From contig NC_042998.1 in NCBI RefSeq assembly GCF_006345805.1, positions 147,188,001-147,252,000 of the forward strand: a DNA stretch of 64,000 bases, in the 5' to 3' direction. The position numbers and the translations under genes are program-made. Source of the DNA: Octopus sinensis (taxonomy: Eukaryota). Under the pieces are notes generated by a model that was given only the letters and a program-made list of their open reading frames with translations, was not told the DNA's origin and did no database searches. Shown here in pieces: positions 12,846 to 24,269 of this stretch (position 1 is its first letter; every line of letters begins with the position of its first letter).

Positions 12846-13680
12846 TAACACAAGGTAAAAATGTATTATTCATTAACTAAATAGTAAACTATATGAGTCA
12901 GATGTTTGAAATATTTTACGTTTATCCAACATTTGATAGACGAATAAGAAACAAAGTTCTGTAGAACATGTGATGGTTTGGAAATGTGGTAGACTCTTAG
13001 AAATTGAATCAAAAGCATTAATTTTTCAGTTACACTGACAAAACCAAATTTTTCTGACACATGGCAGAGAATATAGAAAATAATCTGTGAACTGGGAGCT
13101 ATCGACTTTCTCTCTCTCTACCAGCTGTGACTGCACTGGTGCTGTTTAGTTTCCTTAATTTCTAACAGCAATGACTGTCTACGTCGGTAGTAATACTACT
13201 ACGGCTAAAACGGTACATGATTTGTTATGAAACGTTATTTGTTGTAAAAGTAAAATTAATGGATTTGCAGAAAGCAGGGAATTAGAGAGAATGAAGTAGC
13301 GGTTAGGAAGCGAAAGTTAGGCAGTTTTGAAAACACCATCTGCATAGCCACATAACAACAATGTTCAGAGTAAACTATTGAAAAGTCCATTTGTGAGCAT
13401 ATCTCATCAATAATAAGAAAGCTGTTTCACCTGATACACGAACATGAACGTGAGGGAGGAGCTAATTATGTTGACTGTTGGAAGCGGTAGCGGCGGAGGA
13501 CGATAGCAGGTAGCGATTAAAGAAAAACAGGAAACTGTAAGAACTAGAAAAAGAAATAAAACATGACGCAATGCTGCCAAGGAATAAATCATTATAGTTT
13601 AAAATATAAACGTATATTGAGTCGTCGTAAAACGTTAACAGATTTTAAAAGATTACTTTTTATCCAGTAATAATAACAAT

Positions 13681-13870
13681 TCTTTGTACTAAAGGCTCAA
13701 AACCTGAAATTTTGTGGGAGGGGACTAATCAATTACATCGACCCAGTACTCGACTGATACTAAAGTTATCGACCCCGAAAAGATGAACGGTAAAGTCGAC
13801 CTCGGCGGAATTTGAACTCAAAATGTAAAGATGAACGAAATGCCGTTAAGCACTTTGCCCGGCGTGCTAA
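13681..13870 (-). mobile_element. SINE family A, slightly 5'-truncated
   Basis: Family A core. Confidence 0.8.
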
Positions 13871-13871
13871 A

Positions 13872-13969
<98 letters not shown>

Positions 13970-13997
13970 TAATAATAATAATAATAATAATAATAAT
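13871..13997 (+). repeat. (AAT)n microsatellite
   Basis: Direct inspection. Confidence 0.95.
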
Positions 13998-14417
13998 ATT
14001 GTCAGTTGTTTGACCTTAACCAGTTGAGCATGTCCCTTAGTGGCTGACGATATGTGCATCTCTGATCACGAGCAGAAGTAGTGGGGGAGCATCATAGCCA
14101 TGTGTTGAGAGGGATTCTTTGGGGTTTGAATAGTTCACCTCTGGAAACATGGGTGGTTCTTTCAACATTCTTAAACAACCCTTGTTCAGGGACCGTTTGA
14201 GCGGGATGGGCTACTCAACCTGAAGAAAATTCTAACTGGGCCCCACCTGCAAGGTCATGTGCTGTTTATCTTGATATGAGATCACCATGTCGCGCACATA
14301 TGGTTGTGATGCATGTGCCTGGTGTACCTTTATCAGACGGGTAGTCATGATGGGTATATTGGGCTTCGTATATTTTACCCCAGTGTCACTTTGATGGCAT
14401 GAACTGCTCTCTCACTC
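13998..14417 (+). mobile_element. Non-coding TAA-tailed interspersed element X, 5'-truncated copy
   Basis: Homologous to 15921-16367, 61025-61505 (-) and 62483-62910. Ends CTCTCTCACTC followed by (AAT)n. Confidence 0.8.
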
Positions 14418-14472
<55 letters not shown>

Positions 14473-14594
14473 TAATAATAATATAATAATAATAATTATA
14501 ATAATAATTATAATAATAATTATAATGATAATAATGATAATAATAATGATGATGATAATAATATTAATAATAATAATAATAACAATAATAATAA

Positions 14595-14643
<49 letters not shown>
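14418..14643 (+). repeat. (AAT)n tract
   Basis: Direct inspection. Confidence 0.95.
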
Positions 14644-14645
<2 letters not shown>

Positions 14646-15420
14646 GGGCGGTTGTAAGTATGTAGGAGAATGTGAAAGAAATGGGATTAAACACTCACTA
14701 ATGAGAGAAAAGGAAAGATTACTGTAGGAGAGTAAAAGTTATTCTGAAAACCACGTTGAATGCCAAAAAGCAAAATTGGGGCCATAAATACGCTGACTGT
14801 ACCTGAAATCAATTACAAATTCAATGTTGTAAACCGGTCAATGTCGTAAACCGGTCCATCTCCGAGGTGATCAAAATTGATGTCAAAATCCGAAAGCTGA
14901 TGAAAATGTATTCCATATATGACGCATCCGAAAGCTGATGAAAATGTATTCCATATATGACGCAAAAGCAGACATAAACCCAGCATACCTTCCGGGAAAA
15001 GAAGACTGGATGTTAAAGCTGGTTCTGAAACCTGAAAATAGCAGAAAGTTGCACTCAGTGACAAATAAAAAAAAAAAAATACAGCTAGACAAACCAGTAC
15101 CTGAAGAAAATGTGCCCCCAACTGGACATGGCAACACAAAAAAATATAGCCAAACCAACCTCTAATATACGAAGGAGAACCTCGGGCTGTGATGTAGACC
15201 AAATCCTTACCCATCAATGGCTGACGTGCTCTCGTTTCAAACCAGAGACTGATGAGTATATGGCTATTCAGGATCAGTACCTTACTACTAGGAATTAGCA
15301 GTCATTTTCTGAAACTTGAAAGCAACTCATCGTGCCACGTATGCGGGGAACATCCAGAGACAACAGACAACATAATTTCTGGATGCACCCTACTGGCACC
15401 AATAGAATATTTGTAAAGAC
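14644..15420 (+). pseudogene. Degraded R4/Dong-like RT-REL retrotransposon fragment
   Basis: Frameshifted segments homologous to the 53.5-61 kb elements (KYVGECERNGIKHSL, TLNAK, WLTCSRFKPETDEYMAIQDQYLTTRN). Confidence 0.7.
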
Positions 15421-15811
15421 ATATTTGCAAAGACAAATTGGCCCTGCTATCTTTTTTGTTCTGTTTTTCAACAAAAATACAACTGTCGTCTGCTTTTTTC
15501 TCTAGCGTTCCGTCGTTTGCCACTCTCGCACTTTCTCTTATTGATGTTTGGTAACGCTCCTCACTCTCTCCCCCTCTCTCACATATGAGCATCACCGTGT
15601 TCTGTTGTATTTTCTCCGTGTTGGTGGGAAAAACGCAAACAACTATGACTGAAAAACAAAATTAATTGACCTGTCCCCTAAAACTAGGGGACAAAACAGG
15701 AAAATAAACTCACAACTCGACAATAATTAACTTGTCCACAATGGTATAAAGTTGAAGGGTGCTTGCCAGGCTGACGGGCATAGTAATAATAATAACAACA
15801 ACAACAACAAC

Positions 15812-15877
<66 letters not shown>

Positions 15878-15920
15878 TATTATTATATTATTATTATTAT
15901 TATTATTATTACTATTATTA

Positions 15921-16366
15921 TATGTACATTGTTTTGTCTTGTTATAACAGATGGGCAAACATTCTGCCAATTACCACACATTTGTTTGTCAGTTGTTTGA
16001 CCTTAACCAGTTGAGCATGTCCTTTGGTGCTGACAGTATGTGCATCTCTGATCACGAGTAGAAGTAGTAGGGGAGCATCTTAGCCATGCGCTGAGAGGAA
16101 TTCTTTGGAGTTTGAATATTTCACTTAAACAACGCTTACTCAAGAACCATTTGAGCGGGAAGGGCTACTCAACCCGAAGAAAATTCTAACTGCTCCCCAT
16201 CTGCAAGGTCATGTGCTGTTTATCTTGATATAAGATTAACATGTCGCGCACATATGGTTATGATGCATGTACCTGATGTACCCTTATCAGACGGTAGTCA
16301 TGGTGGGTATATTGGGCTTCGTATATTTTACTCCAGTGTTACTTTGATGGCATTGCTCTGCTCTCT

Positions 16367-16367
<1 letters not shown>
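15921..16367 (+). mobile_element. Element X, copy 2
   Basis: Homologous to 13998-14417. The tail is (CTA)n then (ATA)n. Confidence 0.75.
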
Positions 16368-16407
<40 letters not shown>

Positions 16408-17247
16408 TACTACTACTACTACTAATAATAATAATAATAATAATAATAATGATATTAATAATAATAATAATATTCTTATTAGTGACAAGGCCAGATCCTA
16501 TTATTACAGCCAATAGAAAGGGCCGATAGTAGCTCATTTGACCTCCTGGGAATAGAGTCCAAAATCTACTTAGTATCACACTACCACCCTAAAAAAGAAG
16601 GGCATAGTGAGACGATGTGGTCCTAGTTATTTCTAAAAATACTGGATGGCCACGGGGAGATATTTTTGGTCTTGATTTCCTCGACAGTGGGGATAGATTT
16701 AAGAGGCATTTTGGTAGATTTTTCTACTAGGTCGAACTAGCTGCTAGCCACCCCCAACCTCTCGCTTATTCATTCGTAATATTATTGTGAGTACTCACTT
16801 TTACCATAGTATTTAGGATACATTTCTTGGAAAAGAACGTTTCCCAGGGTACGCAGTCAGTTTTGGGCAGTGTGACATTAAGTTACTTGTTTTGGTTTCT
16901 TCCCTGCGAAAAAAAAAACTCCAGAGAAGCTTTCCTCAAGGTATTTCACATTCCCCTTTAACCGCAATATTTTCTAAGTAAATAAAGCCAAGAATTTCCA
17001 TTGGGAGTGAACAAAGCTAAAGCATTAACAGCTGGACTGATAGTAAGTAGGGCTTAGAACAGTCGCCTCGTTTCAAAGTACGGAATACATTGGTTGCTAT
17101 AAAAAATTATTTTCTGGTGAAAATAACAACTAAGGTTAACGTGATTCAAATAAAGTACATTAACGAGCAGGTGGTTGGTGTCATTTTTCATATATATAAT
17201 GTAATCGATTGTCTCCATCTGTCGGGCTGGGTAGGTATACACTCATT

Positions 17248-17298
<51 letters not shown>

Positions 17299-19152
17299 CT
17301 AATTTCACTGGTCCCACTCCTGAACTATATGGTCGTTACATTGACGATATTATCGGTGCCACCTCACTCTCCCGTGAACATCTAGATTCCTTCCTCTCTT
17401 TCGTTCAATCTTTCCATCCAGCCCTCCACTTCACTTCCACTATCTCCAACACCTCTGTCTCCTTCCTCGACATTTCGGTTAGCATTCTTCACTCCACTCT
17501 TACCACCTCCATTCACTACAAACACACAGACTCACGCTCATACCTCAACTTCTCTTCCTCCCACCCAGAACACACCAAGCTTTCCATCCCCTATTCCCAA
17601 TTCCTCCGTCTACGTAGGCTCTGTAGTGACGACCATGACTTTGAGACTCAGTCTCAACGTATGGCTCACCACTTCATCCTACGTGGATACCCCCTCACCA
17701 CTATCCACACCGCCCTTGCCAGAGCACGTTCCGTGGACCGTGTATCTGCTCTCTCTCCCCGAACCCGCCCTGTAGTCTCCCGCCTCCCATTTCCCCTCAC
17801 TTACCACCCCACGACCCTACATCTCCAACGCACAATTCTTCGAGCTTTCCGTCATCTCCAGTCCGACCCGTCCACTTCACACCTCTTCCCTAACCGACCC
17901 CTCCCCTCTTTCAAACGAGCCCATAACCTTCGAGACCTTTTGGTCCATAGCTCCTTCCCTGATCCTACCTCCCAACCTGGCTCGTTCCCCTGCTCCCGCC
18001 CACGTTGCCGCACTTGCCCTTACCTCTCCAACACCACCCTCCTCACTGGCACCCATCATCGACCCTATCGCATCATCAACTCCTTCACCTGCACCTCCAG
18101 CAATATTATCTATTGCGTCTCTGCTCTCTCTGCCATCCCTGTACATCGGACAAACGGGACGCCGCTTGGCTGACCGGTTCGCGGAACACCTCCGTGATAT
18201 CCGCCTTGCGAACGACACACTGGTCTCACGCCATTTCCGCTCCACCGGTCACTCCTTGCAACACCTGTCTGTGTTCGGTTTGCCCTTACACAGAGGCCAT
18301 CCGGATTCCCGTTTGCGCCGTGAACAGGAATTAATCTTCTCTCTTCGCTCTTATACGCCATTTGGTCTCAACTCTCCCCCTCCTCATCTAACCCCCCTCT
18401 CCCCCTCCTCATCTAACCTCCCCCGACCCCTACTTCTCTTCAGTCCTTCATCCTTTCACCCCTACTCCTCTTCCCTTCTTCCCTCTTTCTCCCTCCCTCC
18501 TTCTTCCCTCTTCCCCTTCCCTCTTTTTCTCTGCTCCCTCACTCCCTTTCTCTCTCTCTCCCCCTCTCCCTCTATCCTCCCTCCTCCTCCTCTCCTTCCT
18601 TCTCCCCCTTCTCTCCCCTCCTCTTCTCTTCTACTTATTTCTCCCCTTCCCCCTCCCCTTCTCCCCTTTCTTTCTCCCTCTCTCCCCCTTACCTCCCCCT
18701 CTTCCCTCATCTCCTCTCTCTACACTACACCATACGACTTTACACATCACATCATATATACATACACACGTCCAGACCTCTCATACGCACTAATACTCTC
18801 TCATACACACACACACACACTCTTATGTTGGAGCGAGGCCATTTAACCCTATTATCTCCCCTAATTTCGCTCTTGCGTCTTACGTTTGATCTTTGACTTC
18901 TGGCCGAAATAAGATCGCCATGTTGATTCGCTAGCCTCTGCACGCATTTTTTTTCTCTCCTTCTTTCTGTGTTTCTTCTCTGTGTATCTTTCTGTCGAAG
19001 AGCGTAGGCTCGAAACGTTAAAGACTTGTTTTATTTATATTTCCTGAGCGCCATACTAATACAATTGTATGTTTGTATTCCACCTGCCTTCGTCTTTTGT
19101 TTATTTCCGTAAACCTGCCTTCGTCTTTTGTCTATTTTCATAAAGCTTCCCG

Positions 19153-19153
<1 letters not shown>
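17299..19153 (+). mobile_element. Penelope-like element, 5'-truncated: RT C-half, Zn-finger-like linker, GIY-YIG, 3' pLTR with HHR-like motif
   Basis: Open frame from 17301: LYGRYIDDIIG...FLDISV...YKHTDSRSYLNFSSSHP...IPYSQFLRLRRLCS...GSFPCSRPRCRTC...FTCTSSNIIYC, then after a frameshift LYIGQTGRRLADRFAEH...RLRREQELIFSLRSYTPFGLN. Flanked by (AT)n on both sides. Confidence 0.92.
18987..19024 (+). ncRNA. Minimal type I hammerhead-like motif (core CUGUCGA, A6U)
   Basis: UCUUU-CUGUCGA-A-GAGC-GUAG-GCUC-GAA-ACGU-U-AAAGA in the PLE 3' region. Confidence 0.6.
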
Positions 19154-19209
<56 letters not shown>

Positions 19210-19514
19210 TAGAGAGAGAGAGGAGAGAGAGAGAGAATATGAGGGGTTTCGTTCACTTGTGATCTAAATGAATAAGTAAGCGAGCAAGTGGTATAGTTGG
19301 TCCACCGATAGGTTCTAAGATCACAATTAAGGCTGGATTTAGGGATCGGTATTAAAGTTTCGTTATAGCAGGTATATATTATATTAGAGGATACATCAAA
19401 AGCAAGGCAGAACGAGTATCTCAAGTCATTTAGAATAATTTAATTCACATTACATTAATTAAATTATTCTAAATGACTTGAGATGCTCGTTCTTTCTTGG
19501 TTTTTGATCTTCCC

Positions 19515-19546
<32 letters not shown>

Positions 19547-19743
19547 TACGGAGATGTACTCGCATAGCAAGTAATTTGATCTGAGATCGTGTGCTGAAAC
19601 GAAAACAATTGCAGCGTGGAAGGTGTTTATAAGCCATTTAAGAAACACACAAAAGCCGTTCAATTCACTCCAACATTTAAGTTTAATTTGTCAAAATATT
19701 TTCGTCGCTAAAACCCGCGACCTGTTCACTGACAAAGTCCGTG

Positions 19744-19746
<3 letters not shown>
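19547..19746 (-). mobile_element. Solo PLE-type terminal repeat carrying a hammerhead, between (TA)n tracts
   Basis: 200-bp non-coding unit bounded by (TA)n, with an HHR near its 5' end. The PLE origin is inferred. Confidence 0.55.
19687..19736 (-). ncRNA. Minimal type I hammerhead ribozyme with G3-C8 covariant core
   Basis: UUUGUCA-GUGAACA-G-GUCGC-GGGUUUUA-GCGAC-GAA-AAUAUU-U-UGACAAA: 7-bp stem I, 5-bp stem II, palindromic stem III. Confidence 0.75.
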
Positions 19747-19807
<61 letters not shown>

Positions 19808-20126
19808 ATATATAAATTTTGTACGACTCTCTTGTTCTTTCATTCTTTCTTTCCGTCAGCCCCTTCACACTTCATTCTTTCCACTCTTCTTTCTTTCGTT
19901 CCCCCTCTTTCACATTTCCTGGTTTTCCCTTCATTCTCACCTTCCCTCCCTAATTCTTCTGTCCCTCTGTCTCTACCTCTCTTCTCTGTGTTCGGCCAAG
20001 CCTGATTTTTCCTTCTTGGTTCGACTACTATCCGTGCAACGTCTATATTCCTCCCCATGCCTGTCATCTCTTAAGTCTCTGCCGTAACACTTCACCATCA
20101 TACACACCAGGTTAATTTAATTCGTT

Positions 20127-20362
20127 CTGAGCTGGCAGAAACGTTAGCGCGCCGGGCAAAATGCATAGCCGTATTTCGTCTGCCGTTACGTTCTGAGTTC
20201 AAATTCCGCCGAGCTCGACTTTGCCTTTCATCCTTTCGGGGTCGATAAATTAAGTACCAGTTACGCACTGGGGTCGATGTCATCGACTTGATCTGTTTGT
20301 CTGTCCTTGTTTCTCCCCTCTGTGTTTAGCCCCTTGTGGGTAATAAAGAAATAGGTATTTCT
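20127..20362 (+). mobile_element. SINE family A, long-tail variant
   Basis: Full core, tail ...GCCCCTTGTGGGTAATAAAGAAATAG, followed by GTATTTC. Confidence 0.85.
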
Positions 20363-20565
20363 CATGTTCGTTTTGTCCTTGTTTTCGTATACATTCACTA
20401 CTTTCTTCCAGGGAATCTAATGCTCTTAGCTTAGTTTTTCCTTGGGGCTGGCCAGATTGGAGCAATTTTGAGTATAACCTGCCGAAATCGCAAAGATAAT
20501 CTTGAACTCGACTGTATCATCTAGCTGTCTGGATATTTTGAGTTCTTGTCCCATTTTTTGTATTC

Positions 20566-20629
<64 letters not shown>

Positions 20630-20634
20630 CATAA

Positions 20635-20670
<36 letters not shown>

Positions 20671-21149
20671 TGTATGCATGTATATATATATATATATATA
20701 ATATATAATATATATAATATATATATATATATATACATACACACCTTTATCTAGCAATTGCCGAGTTGAGCACTCATCACTGTTCCCCACTGTAGAGTAT
20801 ATATAGGAGTATGAATGTATGTGTGTGTGCTCGCGCGTGGGAGTGCGTGTGCATGTGTATGCATGTGTGTGCGTGTGCGTATGTGTTAAATGTTACGAGT
20901 GGGTACCTGACAGGAAATAAAATTATTACAGAGAAAGCGAGAAGGAAACATAACTAAGATGTACAGTGATTTTCCAAATTTGTATATACAAGATTGCGAG
21001 CAAATTAATACAAACTGCACCGAGTGAAAATGAAAGGTAGATAAGCCATAATCCAACGAAGGGAAAGTACATACATACGCGCGCGCGAGAGAGAGAGCTA
21101 TACTGAAAGTAATGCAAAAATAGGCCTAGGTCATTCAAATTGCACATGT

Positions 21150-21840
21150 TAAATAACTCTTCCTCTATACAAAGCTATTTCTAAACATACTCTCCATCAT
21201 AAGCGATGCACTTACACCATCGTTGAACCCAGTTATCAAGTATTTTTTGAAAGATTTCAAATGTACAAAGTTGTACTCACTTTTTCGCAGCCACTTTTAC
21301 CTCGCCTGTTTAATCAAATCTTAGTGCCGAATATTGGACCGAACAGGTGGAAATCGTAGTGCCAAATTTTAGTTACACAGGGTATAGGAAACCACTGACC
21401 AGTCCAGCTTGCAGATTGCTTGATTTGTTGCTAAAGATATGTGTGGTCGCACGTTATGTTATAGTGAATATGAGTCGTTTTCAGATTTTTATCCAGTTTC
21501 TTTAATGGTTTCTCCAAGCTTTTTGTGTCTAAATGTACTGCTCCCTGTTCTTGATACAAGAAAAATGATGCTCACCAAGCAGTTATTGTGCTTTGTGTGC
21601 CGATTGTTGGCTCTCGAACTTCTTAAGCCTTGTATATGAGTTGTGACGCCATTCTACGAACTGACCCTTCTTTTCTGAAATATGAAGATGCGATCACGTG
21701 TTACCCCGTGTCACATGATCAGAAAAAACATCTCTTCATTGACTTCAAATGCTTCAAGCAAATCAGGGTAAATTTCCACCCTTCTCTCATTGAAATCGGA
21801 CTTAAGCTTCTGAGTATCCACTTGGCATAAACATCATTTA
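21150..21840 (-). pseudogene. Degenerate mariner transposase remnant
   Basis: Similarity to 10555-11160. The minus-strand segment VYAKWILRSL resembles the mariner WVP(R/H)xL motif. Confidence 0.5.
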
Positions 21841-22017
21841 GGCGCAGGAGTGGCTGAAGCTTTCGCTTGTTTAAAAGAAAAATTATATTCTACATCCAGA
21901 ACTACACAAATAATTAGCAAACAAATCAAACCAAGAGAAGGGAAACATTCAACCCTCTCTTTAGCCTACTTATCATTAATCATCAAATAACTATTACCTT
22001 TGAATATTTTGTTTATT

Positions 22018-22208
22018 AAGGCGGTACGCTAGTAAGATCGTTTGCACGCCGGGAAAAATGCTTAGTGGCATTTCGTCCATCTTTACGTTCGACTTTGTCC
22101 TTCATCTTTTCGGGGTTGATAAGATAAGTATCAGATGAGTACTGGGGTCGATGTAATCGGCTTAAACCCTCCCACGAAATTGCTAGCCTTGTGGCGAAAG
22201 TTGAAATT
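22018..22208 (+). mobile_element. SINE family A, diverged
   Basis: Family A head and core. Confidence 0.7.
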
Positions 22209-22260
22209 AATATTTTATTATAAAGTATTTAGCGATTAATAAAGAAACTATTTTTTCAAA

Positions 22261-23110
22261 ATGGACAATGCAAAAGTTTACTCCAAGTATCCATATTTTC
22301 TAAATGTTGTTCACAAGAACTCAGCTTTGTCACACAACATGAAAATCAACATACTGATAGCAGACTTAGTAAGGATAATGAACAACGTATTCCCACTATG
22401 CAAACCCTATGAAACAAAGAAACATAGACAGAACTTCATGCACCGCATGCAATTCTCTGTATATGATCAGAAAGATAAGGTTCGGGTATAGAGGGGAGCT
22501 AGAAAGAAGTTAGATAACATTATATGTAATGAAACCAGTGGCACCTGCCCTAGATATAGAAGTAAAGACTGGAATAGGATACAAGAGTTTGTGACAAAGC
22601 AAACAGGGTGAACACTTAGTACAAGATCGAAAGATATCAAGGGGTGATGCTTTAGTGGCCACAACCTATGGAGAACTAGCTCGAAGGAAAGCACTGAAGG
22701 AGGCCAAACTCAACATTAAGATCTCCGAAAAGCCAGGGAGCTCCGTCAGATCACAACTATGTAGGACATACACATTTGAGAATATCACATGCACCAATGA
22801 TACCTGTATGGTACGTAAGATTAACCCTGGCATTAACTGTCGAACTAGAAATGTAGTATACAGCATAAGGTTCATAGAGGTTGCTTGTAAAGACAAGAAC
22901 ATGATATACACAGATGAGACATTTAGAAGAATTGCGGAGAGACTAAATGAACATTTGAGACAATATGACGACAAAAAACAGTCCTCCATACTCTACCAAC
23001 ATGCCAAAGAGCAACATAGAAGCATATTGGGTCAACTTGACATCTACATTTTATCCAAGCACCAAAGCACCCAAAATTCAGGGAAATACAGGAGTACGTC
23101 CTCATAAATG
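22261..23110 (+). pseudogene. Degraded Penelope-like element (RT thumb + GIY-YIG)
   Basis: HKNSALSHNMKINILIADLVRIMNNV, INCRTRNVVYSI...IYTDETFRRIAERLNEH...SSILYQHAKEQH. Confidence 0.75.
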
Positions 23111-23202
23111 TAGCATCTCCGGTACTAAATAGGAAATATACGTAGAAGGTAGTCATACCCCAGTACCCACAGTTTATATATACACAAGTAGATACATACA
23201 CA

Positions 23203-23237
<35 letters not shown>

Positions 23238-23784
23238 CACACACACACACACAGACATATACAAAGTATGGGGGTTTAGTTCCCAGGTGATCTAAACTAT
23301 TAGGTACGCTAGGTAAGTGCTGTAACGGATTACTAGGGCTCCAGGGTTGTAGCCGAGACGATAGTTATGGAGTCATTGGAAATCTACGATGCAGTGGATA
23401 TATAATTGTTAAAGAGGCCAACAAACGGTGAGGCAAGGCAAACATCTCAAGACATATACACCCAAGGACATACGCACTTGTTTCTACAACGTCAGAAAGT
23501 TGAACTACGAGCTTTTATGCTTCTTTTTCTTCTCTCTCTTCATCTCCTTATTCCGTTACTCCCTTCCTCTATGTCGTCAATTCATTAATATATACCCTTC
23601 TCATTTTCCCTATTTGTCTCTGATAGCGGAATATCCCATACACGGGGATATCCCAGAAATAGCTGTAAGACTGAATTTTTTCCAATAATAATAATAATAA
23701 TATATATGACTTGAGATGTTTGCCATGCCTTAACGTTTGCTGTCTGCTTTAACAATTATACATACATATATGTGTGCGTGTGCA

Positions 23785-23970
<186 letters not shown>

Positions 23971-24179
23971 TGTGAAATAGAAAGATGAATAATCTTGTAG
24001 TAGATTAATCAAAAGTTTAACCGATACCTTAGTAGCAAAAATCACAGCAGTAAACAGCACGGTTGGAGGTACAACCATCTGGCGTTGCAACCGTGCGTTG
24101 GTGCGGATAATTGAAATTAAAACATTATTGGTGAATTGAAGAAATGGAGCTGAACGCAGATTGAACAGAAATCGTTTTA

Positions 24180-24269
24180 TTTCATTCTACACGTGTTTCG
24201 AAAGGCACAAATTACCAAAATCCGATTGAATAATGGGACCATATTGTGTCTTTCTCTTCAGGAAGAAAA
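24180..24269 (-). ncRNA. Type I hammerhead ribozyme, inverted copy
   Basis: Reverse complement of 25028-25117. Confidence 0.7.

Noticed and set aside
18380-18846. P/S/L-rich extension of ORF 18166..18846
   Set aside because: A C/T-rich low-complexity tract after the GIY-YIG domain. It is variable in the second copy at 46021-46240.
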